Below are positions 8,194 to 17,160 of a stretch of DNA of 64,000 bases, in pieces. Both the position numbers and the translations under genes were made by a program. The notes under the pieces are model-generated. The model saw only the letters and a program-made list of their open reading frames with translations. It did not search any database and was not told the DNA's origin. Origin of the DNA: Gemmatimonadota bacterium (lineage in GTDB: Bacteria; Gemmatimonadota; Gemmatimonadetes; Longimicrobiales; Gaopeijiaceae); contig JAXHMG010000003.1 in NCBI GenBank assembly GCA_034521595.1, positions 1,344,001 through 1,408,000 of the forward strand, given 5' to 3'. The first letter of the stretch is position 1. Each line of letters begins with the position of its first letter.

Positions 8194-8642
8194 GCCTCAC
8201 CCCCCTTGGTGGACGGGAGCAACTGCCGGAGGACGGCCCGCTCCCCGTCGTAGGTCAACCGCCGCAACGCGTCCTCCGGGGAAAGCCAATGCACGGATCG
8301 TACCTCCGTCGCGTCCGGCGTTCCCTCCTCTCCCTCGAACGCCATGGGAAAGAAGACGGTCACCTTCGGCACGCCGTCGACCGAGTACTCCGAGAAGCAG
8401 GCGGGCCCGGTCACCGTCGCGCTGCATCCGGTCTCCTCGAGGACCTCGCGCCGAGCCGCTTCGACGAGACGCTCCCCCGGCTCGAGCTTCCCCTTCGGAA
8501 GCGTCCAATCTCCTTGCCCGCCGTCCCGGTCTTCGTAGCGCGCGCGGTGGAGGACGGCGATTCTCGGCGAGGTGCGCGTCCCGCGCCACACTACGCCCCC
8601 GGCCGCGAGGACGTGGGTCGGCTTCGATTTGTCCCTGCTCAT
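8190..8642 (-). CDS. NUDIX hydrolase (Ap4A hydrolase / MutT1-like)
   Basis: AAGGVVWR, DWTLPKG and Nudix box GKLEPGERLVEAARREVLEETG. RBS GGAGGG. Confidence 0.92.
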   Translation of the reverse strand: MSRDKSKPTHVLAAGGVVWRGTRTSPRIAVLHRARYEDRDGGQGDWTLPKGKLEPGERLVEAARREVLEETGCSATVTGPACFSEYSVDGVPKVTVFFPMAFEGEEGTPDATEVRSVHWLSPEDALRRLTYDGERAVLRQLLPSTKGGEA

Positions 8643-8855
8643 CGGAAAGGCCCTCCGTGCAAGACGCTCGGTGAAGGATCGGCGGCCACACGCCTTTTCA
8701 AGGTACGGACGGACCGGGCCCGTGAAACAGAGCTTCCGGACCGACGCTCGCGCTCGAGGGTCGACCGCCGTATTCTGCGGCGACGACGCTCGGCGCCCCT
8801 CGACGACGGTTCGCGGCGGCGTGGGAGCTCATGCACACTCGAGCAGGAGCGCGAT

Positions 8856-9872
8856 GTGAGGGTCGGCACGAACCTGCGGATGGTGCTCGCGGGATTGGCT
8901 GTCGGGGCCTGCGACGTCGAGCCTGCCGCCCCACCTTCCGATCCTCTCGAGCCCGCCGACCGCGCGAACGAGGTGCTTCCGTGGGCGTTCGTGCTCAACG
9001 ACCCGGCGCCCGACGACGCGGAGCCCGCGGATCCGGACGAGATCGTGAGCGTCCCGGGCTCGGAACTCGAGCTCCGCCGCGGCGACATCAACCTCGACAA
9101 CGGCCCTCCGGACTGGCACCCGGACGGGCATCCGCCCATGCCCGAGGTGGTCGCGCGGGGCGGAGACGAGAGCGACGTGCTCGCTTGCGCGTACTGTCAC
9201 CTCCCCAACGGCCAGGGCAAGCCCGAGAACGCGGGGCTGGCGGGACAGCCGTACGAATACCTCGTCCAGCAGATGAAGGACTATCGGAACGGCCTGCGCC
9301 GAACCGGAGAGCCGCGCATGGGTCCGCCGTCCCTGATGATGTCCATCGGGGCCGCCGCGACCGACGAGGAGGCGCGTGTCGCGGCCGAGTACTTCTCGTC
9401 GATCGACTTCAAGCCCTGGATCCGCGTCGTCGAGACCGACTCCGTCCCCGTGACCCGCTTCGCGGGCTGGATCCACGAAGTGGTCGAAGGCGAAGGCAGG
9501 GAGCCGATCGGAAACCGGGTCGTGGAGATCCCGGAGAGCCTGGAGCGCACGAAGCTGCGGGACGACGCATCGGGCTTCATCGCCTATGTGCCGGAAGGTG
9601 CAGTGGCGCGGGGAGAGACGCTGGTCCGGACGGGTGGCGCGGACGGACGCACGGTCGCGTGCACCGTCTGCCACGGCGAGGACCTCCGTGGTCTGGGACC
9701 CGTGCCCGCGCTGGCGGGACGCTCACCGAGCTACATGGTGCGCCAGCTCTACGACTTGAAGGCGGGAAACCGAGCGGGCACCTGGTCCGACCTGATGGAC
9801 GCGGCCGTGGCCGACCTCACGGTGCGAGACGTGGTCGACATCGTGGCGTACACGGCGAGCCTGGAGCCGTAA
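8856..9872 (+). CDS. Dihaem c-type cytochrome (c4-like), probable lipoprotein
   Basis: Two CxxCH motifs (CAYCH, CTVCH), each followed by a LAG..Y...Q motif. Lipobox-like LAVGAC. RBS AGGAG before GTG 8856. Confidence 0.88.
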   Translation: MRVGTNLRMVLAGLAVGACDVEPAAPPSDPLEPADRANEVLPWAFVLNDPAPDDAEPADPDEIVSVPGSELELRRGDINLDNGPPDWHPDGHPPMPEVVARGGDESDVLACAYCHLPNGQGKPENAGLAGQPYEYLVQQMKDYRNGLRRTGEPRMGPPSLMMSIGAAATDEEARVAAEYFSSIDFKPWIRVVETDSVPVTRFAGWIHEVVEGEGREPIGNRVVEIPESLERTKLRDDASGFIAYVPEGAVARGETLVRTGGADGRTVACTVCHGEDLRGLGPVPALAGRSPSYMVRQLYDLKAGNRAGTWSDLMDAAVADLTVRDVVDIVAYTASLEP

Positions 9873-9913
9873 GCGTGGGTGCGTGCCGCCGGGCGTGAGC
9901 CGACCACGCCGAC

Positions 9914-9942
9914 TTGCTGTCACGGCGACCGGCTTCTAACCT
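9914..9942 (+). promoter_or_regulatory. Putative sigma70 promoter of the PFOR operon
   Basis: TTGCTG-N17-TAACCT, about 60 nt upstream of ATG 10003. Confidence 0.5.
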
Positions 9943-10002
9943 GCCCCGGGCCCTCCCGCACATTCGAAGTCCGTACATCTTCCTTCCCGGGAGGCAGGAT
10001 TC

Positions 10003-11664
10003 ATGTCCTCACGTTCTTCTTCCGAAGGGCTCGCACGCTCACCGGACCTGAGCCGGGAACGGGGGACCGGTCCCGTCCGTCGGGAGCGCCCCCTGTTCGT
10101 GGATCTGCTTCCGCCCTGCGACAATGCCTGCCCCGCGGGCGAGCATATCCAGGAGTGGCTCGCGCATACCGAGGCCGGACGCTTCGAGGAAGCGTGGCGC
10201 ACCATCATGCGGGACAATCCTTTCCCCGCCCTCCACGGCCGGGTCTGCTACCACCCGTGTGAGACGGACTGCAACCGGGAGAAGCTCGACGGTGCCGTGA
10301 GCATCCACGCCGTGGAGCGGTTCCTGGGAGACAGGGCGATCGAGGAAGGGTGGTCCGTGCCGGTGGAGGCCCCAGCGTCGGGGAAGCGGGTCCTGATCGT
10401 GGGCGCCGGGCCCGCGGGACTCTCGGCCGCATACCACCTCCGGCTGGCGGGGCACGAGGTGGAGATCCGCGACGCCGGCCCCCGGGCCGGAGGGATGATG
10501 CACTTCGGCATCCCGGCCTACCGCCTGCCTCGCGACGTCCTCGCCGCGGAGATCGGCACCATCGAGGCGATGGGCGTGGAGATCACGCTGAACCACAAGG
10601 TGGAGGACCTGGCCCGGGAAAAGGAGGAGGGTGGTTTCGACGCGGCCTTCGTGGCCGTGGGAGCCCATCTCTCTCGCCGGACGGAGATCCCTGCGCGTGA
10701 CGCCGGACAGATGCTCGATGCGCTGGACTATCTCCGGGATGTAGAGGGCGGCGCCCCTCCACGCCTGGGACGCACGGTGGCGATCTACGGGGGTGGCAAC
10801 ACCGCCGTGGACGCCGCACGCACGGCTCTCCGAATGGGTCACGAGCCGCTGATCATCTACCGACGGGACCGGGAGCACGCGCCCGCCCACGATGAAGAGA
10901 TGGAGGACGCGCTCGCGGAGGGGGTCAAGGTACATTGGCTCCGCACCATCAAGTCCGTGGAAGGACGCGAATTTCAGGTCGAGGTCATGGAGCTGGACGA
11001 GGAAGGACGTCCACGTCCGACCGGGGCGGTGGAATCGTTGGAAGCCGATGATTTGATCCTGGCCCTCGGACAGGAGACGGACACCTCGTTCCTCGACACC
11101 TTCCCGGAGATCGAGCGGGCATCGGACGGCACGGTCGTGGTCGGACCCGATTTCATGACGGGCGCGCCGGGCGTGTTCGCGGGCGGTGACATGGTCCCGG
11201 CGAAGCGCATGGTCACGGTGGCGGTGGGGCACGGGAAGGAGGCCGCCCACCACATGAACGCGTGGCTTCGGGGCGAAAGCTTCGAGCATGACCCCTCCCC
11301 CGAGCTGGCTTCGTTCGAGAAGCTGAACCTGTGGTTCTACACCGACGCGCACCGTCGGCCGCAGCCGACACTCGAGAGCCGGGAGCGCACCACTTCGTTC
11401 CGAGAGGTCGTGGGCCCTCTCGCCGAAGCCGATGCGGTGCGCGAAGCGAAGCGGTGCCTGTCGTGCGGAAACTGCTTCGAGTGTGACGGCTGCTACGCCG
11501 CGTGTCCGGAGGACGCCATCATCAAGCTGGGGCCCGGCAAGCGCTACGCCTTCGACTACGACCTATGCACCGGGTGCGCGATCTGCTATCAGCAATGCCC
11601 GTGCGCCGCGATCGACATGATCCCGGAGCCGGAAGACGACGCACGAGAGGAGCCGACGCCGTGA
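10003..11664 (+). CDS. GltD/PreT-like NAD(P)-binding Fe-S flavoprotein with a C-terminal 2[4Fe-4S] ferredoxin domain
   Basis: PPCDNACP, GRVCYHPCETDC, GAGPAGL, GIPAYRLP, GGGNTAVD and GVFAGGD. C-terminal CLSCGNCFECDGCYAACP and CTGCAICYQQCP. Confidence 0.9.
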   Translation: MSSRSSSEGLARSPDLSRERGTGPVRRERPLFVDLLPPCDNACPAGEHIQEWLAHTEAGRFEEAWRTIMRDNPFPALHGRVCYHPCETDCNREKLDGAVSIHAVERFLGDRAIEEGWSVPVEAPASGKRVLIVGAGPAGLSAAYHLRLAGHEVEIRDAGPRAGGMMHFGIPAYRLPRDVLAAEIGTIEAMGVEITLNHKVEDLAREKEEGGFDAAFVAVGAHLSRRTEIPARDAGQMLDALDYLRDVEGGAPPRLGRTVAIYGGGNTAVDAARTALRMGHEPLIIYRRDREHAPAHDEEMEDALAEGVKVHWLRTIKSVEGREFQVEVMELDEEGRPRPTGAVESLEADDLILALGQETDTSFLDTFPEIERASDGTVVVGPDFMTGAPGVFAGGDMVPAKRMVTVAVGHGKEAAHHMNAWLRGESFEHDPSPELASFEKLNLWFYTDAHRRPQPTLESRERTTSFREVVGPLAEADAVREAKRCLSCGNCFECDGCYAACPEDAIIKLGPGKRYAFDYDLCTGCAICYQQCPCAAIDMIPEPEDDAREEPTP

Positions 11665-14600
11665 CCGCGATCGTGGACGGAAACCGGGCCTGCGCCGAGG
11701 TGGCGTACCGGATGAGCGAAGTCTGTGCCATCTACCCCATCACGCCGAGCTCTCCGATGGCGGAGCTCGCGGACCAGTGGACGGCGGAAGGGCGTGCGAA
11801 CCTCTGGGGCACGACACCCCGGGTGGTGGAGATGCAGAGCGAGGGGGGTGCCGCCGGGGCGGTGCACGGAGCGCTGCAGGGAGGCGCGCTCACCAGCACG
11901 TTCACGGCGTCCCAGGGCCTCCTTCTGATGATCCCCAACATGTTCAAGATCGCCGGTGAGCTGACGCCCGCGGTCTTTCACGTGGCGGCGCGGTCGGTGG
12001 CCACGCACGCCCTCTCCATCTTCGGGGATCATTCCGACGTGATGGCGACGCGTGGCACGGGGTTCGCCTTCCTCGCGTCGGCATCCGTGCAGGAGGCCCA
12101 GGACCTGGCCGCCATCGCCCACGCCGCGACCCTCGAGAGCAGGATCCCCTTCGTCCACTTCTTCGACGGATTCCGAACGTCACACGAAGTGACCCGGATC
12201 GACCCGCTCTCCGACGAAGAGCTCCGGGCGATGGTGGTCGAGAACCTTCTGCTCGACCATCGGGCCCGCGCGTTGAACCCCGAGCGCCCCGTGCTGCGGG
12301 GCTCGGCTCAGAATCCCGATGTCTTCTTCCAGGCGCGGGAAGCGTCGAATCCGTTTCACGCGAGGGCTCCGGAGCTCGTGTCCGGAGCCATGGCTCGCTT
12401 CGCGGAGCTGACCGGCCGCCGATACCGCCCCTTCGACTACTTCGGACACCCGGAGGCGGAGCGTGTGGTGGTCGTGATGGGCTCGGGCGGAGAGACCGCG
12501 AAAGAGACGGTCGAACATCTCGCGGCCGCGGGCGAGCGCGTCGGTGTGATCCAGGTCCGCCTGTTTCGACCGTTCTCGATGCCGCACCTCCTCGAAGTCC
12601 TCCCACCGAGCGTCGGCAAGATGGCCGTGTTGGACCGGACGAAGGAGCCCGGAGCTTCGGGGGAGCCCCTCTACCTCGACGTGGTGGCCACGCTCGACCG
12701 AGCCTCGGCCGAAGGCACGCTTCCCCGCGCGGAAGTCCCGACCGTGGTCGGTGGGCGGTACGGGCTTTCGTCGAAGGAGTTCACGCCCGGCATGGTGAAG
12801 GGCGTGTTGGACGCGCTGAAGGAGGATCGCCCGCGACACGGCTTCACGGTGGGCATCCACGACGATGTCTCCGGCTCGGACGTCCCCTGGGACCCCACGT
12901 TCGAGATCGAGGACGACGACGTCTTCCGAGCCGTCTTCTACGGACTCGGGGCCGACGGGACGGTCGGCGCGAACAAGAACACGATCGAGATCCTCGGGCA
13001 GGATCCCGACATCCACCCACAGGGATACTTCGTCTACGACTCCAAGAAGTCCGGTTCCCGTACGGTCTCCCACGTCCGGTTCGGCTCCTCACCGATCCGA
13101 GCTCCGTACTTGGTCCGCTCCGCCCATTTCATCGGATGCCACCAGTTCCATTTCCTGGAGACCATGGACGTGCTGGCGCACGCGAAGGCCGGCGGGACCT
13201 TTCTCCTGAACAGCCCCTGGGGGCCGGACGAGGTCTGGGACCACCTGCCTCGATCGGTGCAGGAGACGATCCTGGAGAAAGAGCTGTCGTTCTGGGTGGT
13301 GGACGCCGCCGCGGTCGCGAAGGAAACGGGGCTCGGGGCACGCATCAACACGGTGATGCAGACGTGCTTCTTCGCGATCTCACACGTCATTCCCCGAGAC
13401 GACGCGCTGGAGCGCATCAAGGGCTCCATCCGAGAGACCTACGGGAAGAAGGGAGAAGAGGTCGTCCGCAAGAACATCGACGCGGTGGAGGGCACTCTGG
13501 AGCGGCTGCACGAAGTGGCGGTTCCCGACCGCGTCACGACGTCGCGAACCCGGCTGCCATTGGTGCCGCCCGAAGCCCCGACATTTGTCCGAGAAGTGAC
13601 GGCGGTCATGCTGGAGGGCCGAGGAGACCACCTGCCGGTGAGCGCGTTCACGCCCGACGGAAGCTTCCCGGTGGGTACGACCCGTTGGGAGAAGCGCAAC
13701 GTCTCGGACGAGGTGGCGGAGTGGGAACCGGAGATCTGCATCCAGTGCGGGAACTGTGCCTTCGTCTGCCCTCACGGGGTCATCCGGGCCAAGGCCTATC
13801 CGGAATCCGAGCTGGAAGGGGCTCCCGAGGACTTTCCCTCCGCGCCCATCGGCACCCGCGGGTTTCCCGACACCCGATACACGCTCCACGTGCACGTGGA
13901 GGACTGTACGGGATGCGGGCTCTGCGTCGAAGCCTGCCCGGCCGTGGACCTCACGAAGCCCCGGCGGAAGGCGATCAACATGACCGAGAAGGCGGGCCTC
14001 TTGGACCGGGAGCGCCGTAACGAGCGTTTCTTCGAGACGCTTCCCTGGAACGACCGGTCGTCGGTGGACTTCGGCACGGTCCGGGGCGCCCAGTTCCTGG
14101 AGCCCCTCTTCGAGTTCTCGGGCGCGTGCGCGGGCTGCGGAGAGACTCCTTACCTCAAGCTCTTGTCCCAGCTCTTCGGGGACCGTGCGCTGGTGGCCAA
14201 CGCCACGGGATGCTCCTCGATCTACGGCGGGAACCTTCCCACCACTCCGTGGGCGGCCAATGCCGAAGGACGGGGTCCGGCGTGGTCCAACTCGCTTTTC
14301 GAGGACAACGCGGAGTTCGGGTTGGGGATGCGGATGGCCGCGGACCGGCTCCTGAACGAGGCCCGACGGCTCCTTGGAGCCGTGGCGCCGAACCTCCCGG
14401 ACCCGGAGCTGGCGTCGACGATCCTGGAGGCACCCCAGTCCACCGAGCCGCAGATCGTCGAGCAGCGGAAGCGGGTCTCGGAGCTCCGAGCCGCGCTGCG
14501 TGACATGCCCGACGACCCACGAGCCGGTCGTTTGGCCTCCGTCGCCGACCACCTCGTGCGGCGGAGCGTCTGGATCGTGGGCGGGGACGGGTGGGCTTAC

Positions 14601-15212
14601 GACATCGGAGCCGGAGGCCTGGACCACGTTCTGGCTCAGGGGATGGACGTCAACGTGCTCGTCCTCGACACCGAGGTCTATTCGAACACCGGAGGACAGG
14701 CCTCGAAGGCCACGCCGCTCGGAGCCGTCGCGAAGTTCGCGTACGGTGGAAAACGGCTCGGAAAGAAGGACCTCTTCCTTCAAGCCTCCTCCTACCAGAA
14801 CGTCTACGTGGCCCGCGTGGCCTTCGGGGACAACCCGCAACAGACCCTGCAGGCGTTCCGCGAGGCGGAGACCTACCCCGGGCCTTCCCTCATCCTCGCG
14901 TACAGCCCTTGCATCGCCCACGGCTACGACCTGCGGCTGGGGCTCGAGCAGCAGCAGCGGGCCGTGGACACCGGGTACTGGCCCCTGATGCGGTACAACC
15001 CGGCACGCAAGGGCACCGGCGAGAGCCCGTTCCTGCTCGATTCGGTCCGACCGAGCCGCCCCCTCGCCGAGTTCACGGAGCAGGAGTTGAGATATCGGCT
15101 CCTGCGTCAGACGGCCCCCGACGAAGCCGAAGCGCTCATGCGGGAGGCGCAGGAAGGGGTCACGAGGCGTTGGCAGCTCTATGAAGAGCTGTCCACTGGA
15201 ATCCACGGATGA
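11661..15212 (+). CDS. nifJ: Pyruvate:ferredoxin (flavodoxin) oxidoreductase, single-chain type
   Basis: YPITPSSPM, EMQSEGGAAG, ASQGLLLMIPNM, GLGADGTVGANKN, CIQCGNC, GACAGCGE, GGDGWAYDIG and EVYSNTGGQ. GTG start overlaps the upstream stop (GTGA). Confidence 0.96.
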   Translation: MTAIVDGNRACAEVAYRMSEVCAIYPITPSSPMAELADQWTAEGRANLWGTTPRVVEMQSEGGAAGAVHGALQGGALTSTFTASQGLLLMIPNMFKIAGELTPAVFHVAARSVATHALSIFGDHSDVMATRGTGFAFLASASVQEAQDLAAIAHAATLESRIPFVHFFDGFRTSHEVTRIDPLSDEELRAMVVENLLLDHRARALNPERPVLRGSAQNPDVFFQAREASNPFHARAPELVSGAMARFAELTGRRYRPFDYFGHPEAERVVVVMGSGGETAKETVEHLAAAGERVGVIQVRLFRPFSMPHLLEVLPPSVGKMAVLDRTKEPGASGEPLYLDVVATLDRASAEGTLPRAEVPTVVGGRYGLSSKEFTPGMVKGVLDALKEDRPRHGFTVGIHDDVSGSDVPWDPTFEIEDDDVFRAVFYGLGADGTVGANKNTIEILGQDPDIHPQGYFVYDSKKSGSRTVSHVRFGSSPIRAPYLVRSAHFIGCHQFHFLETMDVLAHAKAGGTFLLNSPWGPDEVWDHLPRSVQETILEKELSFWVVDAAAVAKETGLGARINTVMQTCFFAISHVIPRDDALERIKGSIRETYGKKGEEVVRKNIDAVEGTLERLHEVAVPDRVTTSRTRLPLVPPEAPTFVREVTAVMLEGRGDHLPVSAFTPDGSFPVGTTRWEKRNVSDEVAEWEPEICIQCGNCAFVCPHGVIRAKAYPESELEGAPEDFPSAPIGTRGFPDTRYTLHVHVEDCTGCGLCVEACPAVDLTKPRRKAINMTEKAGLLDRERRNERFFETLPWNDRSSVDFGTVRGAQFLEPLFEFSGACAGCGETPYLKLLSQLFGDRALVANATGCSSIYGGNLPTTPWAANAEGRGPAWSNSLFEDNAEFGLGMRMAADRLLNEARRLLGAVAPNLPDPELASTILEAPQSTEPQIVEQRKRVSELRAALRDMPDDPRAGRLASVADHLVRRSVWIVGGDGWAYDIGAGGLDHVLAQGMDVNVLVLDTEVYSNTGGQASKATPLGAVAKFAYGGKRLGKKDLFLQASSYQNVYVARVAFGDNPQQTLQAFREAETYPGPSLILAYSPCIAHGYDLRLGLEQQQRAVDTGYWPLMRYNPARKGTGESPFLLDSVRPSRPLAEFTEQELRYRLLRQTAPDEAEALMREAQEGVTRRWQLYEELSTGIHG

Positions 15213-15243
15213 ACGGCCACGCGCGAGTCGGGGAGGAGGTCGC

Positions 15244-16260
15244 ATGGAGTTGAAGACGCGGTATCTGGGTCTCGAGCTGGAGCACCCGGTGGTGGCCTCG
15301 GCCTCGCCGTTGTCGCAAAAGCTGGAGGGGATCCGCGCGCTGGAGGACGGAGGCGCCTCCGCCGTGGTCCTCTTCTCGCTCTTCGAAGAACAGATCCGGC
15401 ATGAGGCCGCCGCATACGAACATCTGACCCGTGTGGGGACCGAGAGCTTCGGTGAGGCGCTCTCCTACTTCCCGGAGGTCGACGACTACCAGGTCGGCCC
15501 ACAGGAGTACCTCGAGCTGATCCGTCGAGCCCGCGAAGCGGTTTCCATACCCGTGATCGGGAGCTTGAACGGAGTCACGCCTTCGGGATGGATCGAGTAC
15601 GCCGGCCTCATCGAGGAAGCCGGCGCGTCGGCCCTGGAGCTGAACATCTTCCACATCCCCGCGGATCTCGACGAGAGTGGTCGGGACGTGGAAGCCCGTT
15701 ACGAAGAGATCGTGCACCGCGTCAAGACGACGGTCTCGATTCCCTTGGCGGTGAAGCTCGGTCCGTACTTCTCCGCCACGGGTGACATGGCCCGGCGACT
15801 CACGGCCGCGGGCGCGGACGCGCTGGTCCTGTTCAACCGGTTCTACCAGCCCGACTTCGACCTGGACAACCTGGCGGTCAGCCCGGACCTGGAGTTGAGC
15901 AGCGCCTCGGAGATCCGGCTGCCGCTCCTGTGGATCGGGGTGCTCAAGGGGCGGATTTCAGTGGACCTGGCGGCCACGACCGGAGTCGAGCGGGGCCGAG
16001 AGGTGATGAAGTACCTACTGGCCGGAGCGGATGCGGTGATGACCACGTCGAGCCTCCTTCGTCACGGGCCGGAGCACGCCCGAACCCTTGTCCGGGAGCT
16101 CGTGGAATGGATGGAGCAAACCGGGTACGAGTCGGTGGAACAGATGAAGGGAGCGATGAGTCAGGAACGCGTCGCGGACCCCACCGCCTTCGAGCGAGCC
16201 AACTACGTCCGGGCGCTTCAGGAATACCGCAACGCACGCACGGAAGCCGGGCACATGTGA
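15244..16260 (+). CDS. Dihydroorotate dehydrogenase-like FMN protein (nifJ-associated family)
   Basis: YLGLEL..PVVASASPLS, SLFEEQI, IPVIGSLNG, LELNI, VKLGPYFS, LVLFNRFYQPD and AFERANY. Strong RBS GGAGGAGG. Confidence 0.9.
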   Translation: MELKTRYLGLELEHPVVASASPLSQKLEGIRALEDGGASAVVLFSLFEEQIRHEAAAYEHLTRVGTESFGEALSYFPEVDDYQVGPQEYLELIRRAREAVSIPVIGSLNGVTPSGWIEYAGLIEEAGASALELNIFHIPADLDESGRDVEARYEEIVHRVKTTVSIPLAVKLGPYFSATGDMARRLTAAGADALVLFNRFYQPDFDLDNLAVSPDLELSSASEIRLPLLWIGVLKGRISVDLAATTGVERGREVMKYLLAGADAVMTTSSLLRHGPEHARTLVRELVEWMEQTGYESVEQMKGAMSQERVADPTAFERANYVRALQEYRNARTEAGHM

Positions 16261-16353
16261 TCTCCACGGACGCTCTGGGCCACGCAGCGAGGCGAGAGGT
16301 AGGCGTTCAGGAGGAGGGACGCACGGCGCGAGAAGTGAGCCGAGCGACCGGGT

Positions 16354-16368
16354 GGGGCATTCTGTCCC
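16354..16368 (+). promoter_or_regulatory. Imperfect palindrome GGGGCA-TTC-TGTCCC, candidate activator site
   Basis: Lies about 65-75 nt upstream of a sigma54 -24/-12 element; a similar motif precedes the paralogous gene at 18837. Confidence 0.45.
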
Positions 16369-16429
16369 TTTCCCCGGTCATCGTGTCTCCGGATTGGTGG
16401 CGTCCGCGCTCTCGAGCGGCGCTTATCCG

Positions 16430-16444
16430 CGGCACAGGGCATGC
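16430..16444 (+). promoter_or_regulatory. Putative sigma54 (RpoN) promoter
   Basis: CGGCACAGGGCATGC: GGCAC with exact GG-N10-GC spacing, about 55 nt upstream of ATG 16499. Confidence 0.6.
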
Positions 16445-16498
16445 GCTGCCGAGCGACGGCCGTCACGTTGCCCCGCACCCCACGATGAGGAGCTCTAC

Positions 16499-16930
16499 AT
16501 GCAGGTTCGAATCTCGCGGACGGATCGGGGCTGGGTCGGAACGCGCGCCATCGCGGTGCTGGCCGCCGGTCTGGGCATCGGCTTGGGATGCGCCGATCGC
16601 TCGACGCCGGACTTCGAGGGCCGGCCAGCCGACGCTCCCCCTATCGTGGTGCGCGTTCAGAATCAGCACTTCTCCGACGTGAGGGTGCATGTATCCCGGA
16701 ACGGCCAATGGCGACGGCTCGGCAACGTGACCGGCAACACCTCGTCGAGCTTCGAGGTCCCCTCGGCCCTGACATCTCCGGCGGGTCACTACCAGTTCCG
16801 CGTCCATGCGATCGGGATGTCCGACGCGAGCGATTACGTGAGCGACCGTATCCCGGCCAACCCCGGAAACGTGATCGAGCTCACGGTCGCCTCCGTGCTC
16901 CGCATGTCGAGTTGGTCGATTCGCGAATAG
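16499..16930 (+). CDS. Small beta-rich lipoprotein of unknown function (paralogue 1)
   Basis: RBS GAGGAG, lipobox GLGC, clear similarity to 18905-19327. Confidence 0.85.
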   Translation: MQVRISRTDRGWVGTRAIAVLAAGLGIGLGCADRSTPDFEGRPADAPPIVVRVQNQHFSDVRVHVSRNGQWRRLGNVTGNTSSSFEVPSALTSPAGHYQFRVHAIGMSDASDYVSDRIPANPGNVIELTVASVLRMSSWSIRE

Positions 16931-16945
16931 CGGCACGCCTCCTGC
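16931..16945 (+). promoter_or_regulatory. Putative sigma54 promoter directly after the lipoprotein stop codon
   Basis: CGGCACGCCTCCTGC: GGCAC with GG-N10-GC spacing. Confidence 0.55.
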
Positions 16946-16976
16946 TTCGGCGAGTAGACGCCGGGCTTCGTTCGGA

Positions 16977-17024
16977 ATGCCCAAGCAGGTGGACATGAAG
17001 GCCCGCAAGATCGACGTCCGGTAG
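16977..17024 (+). pseudogene. Hsp20/alpha-crystallin C-terminal remnant or micropeptide MPKQVDMKARKIDVR
   Basis: The PK....K.RKI.V* pattern with a terminal IxV motif is the typical end of small heat-shock proteins; the rest of the domain is absent. Confidence 0.55.
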
Positions 17025-17036
17025 GGCCCCGCGCCG

Positions 17037-17080
17037 CTATCGCTCCGAAGCGATAGGATGGCGGATCACATCGCCATCCT
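17037..17080. terminator. Tandem hairpins, probable terminator
   Basis: CTATCGCT-ccga-AGCGATAG (17037-17056) and AGGATGGCG-gatcacat-CGCCATCCT (17055-17080), between convergent units. Confidence 0.6.
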
Positions 17081-17160
17081 GGCGGGGCGAGCCGGCGGGT
17101 CCCAAAGCGGACCATGCCGGCCGTCCCGCGGGCCCTGGCACCGAGAGGGACGCGCCTCGG

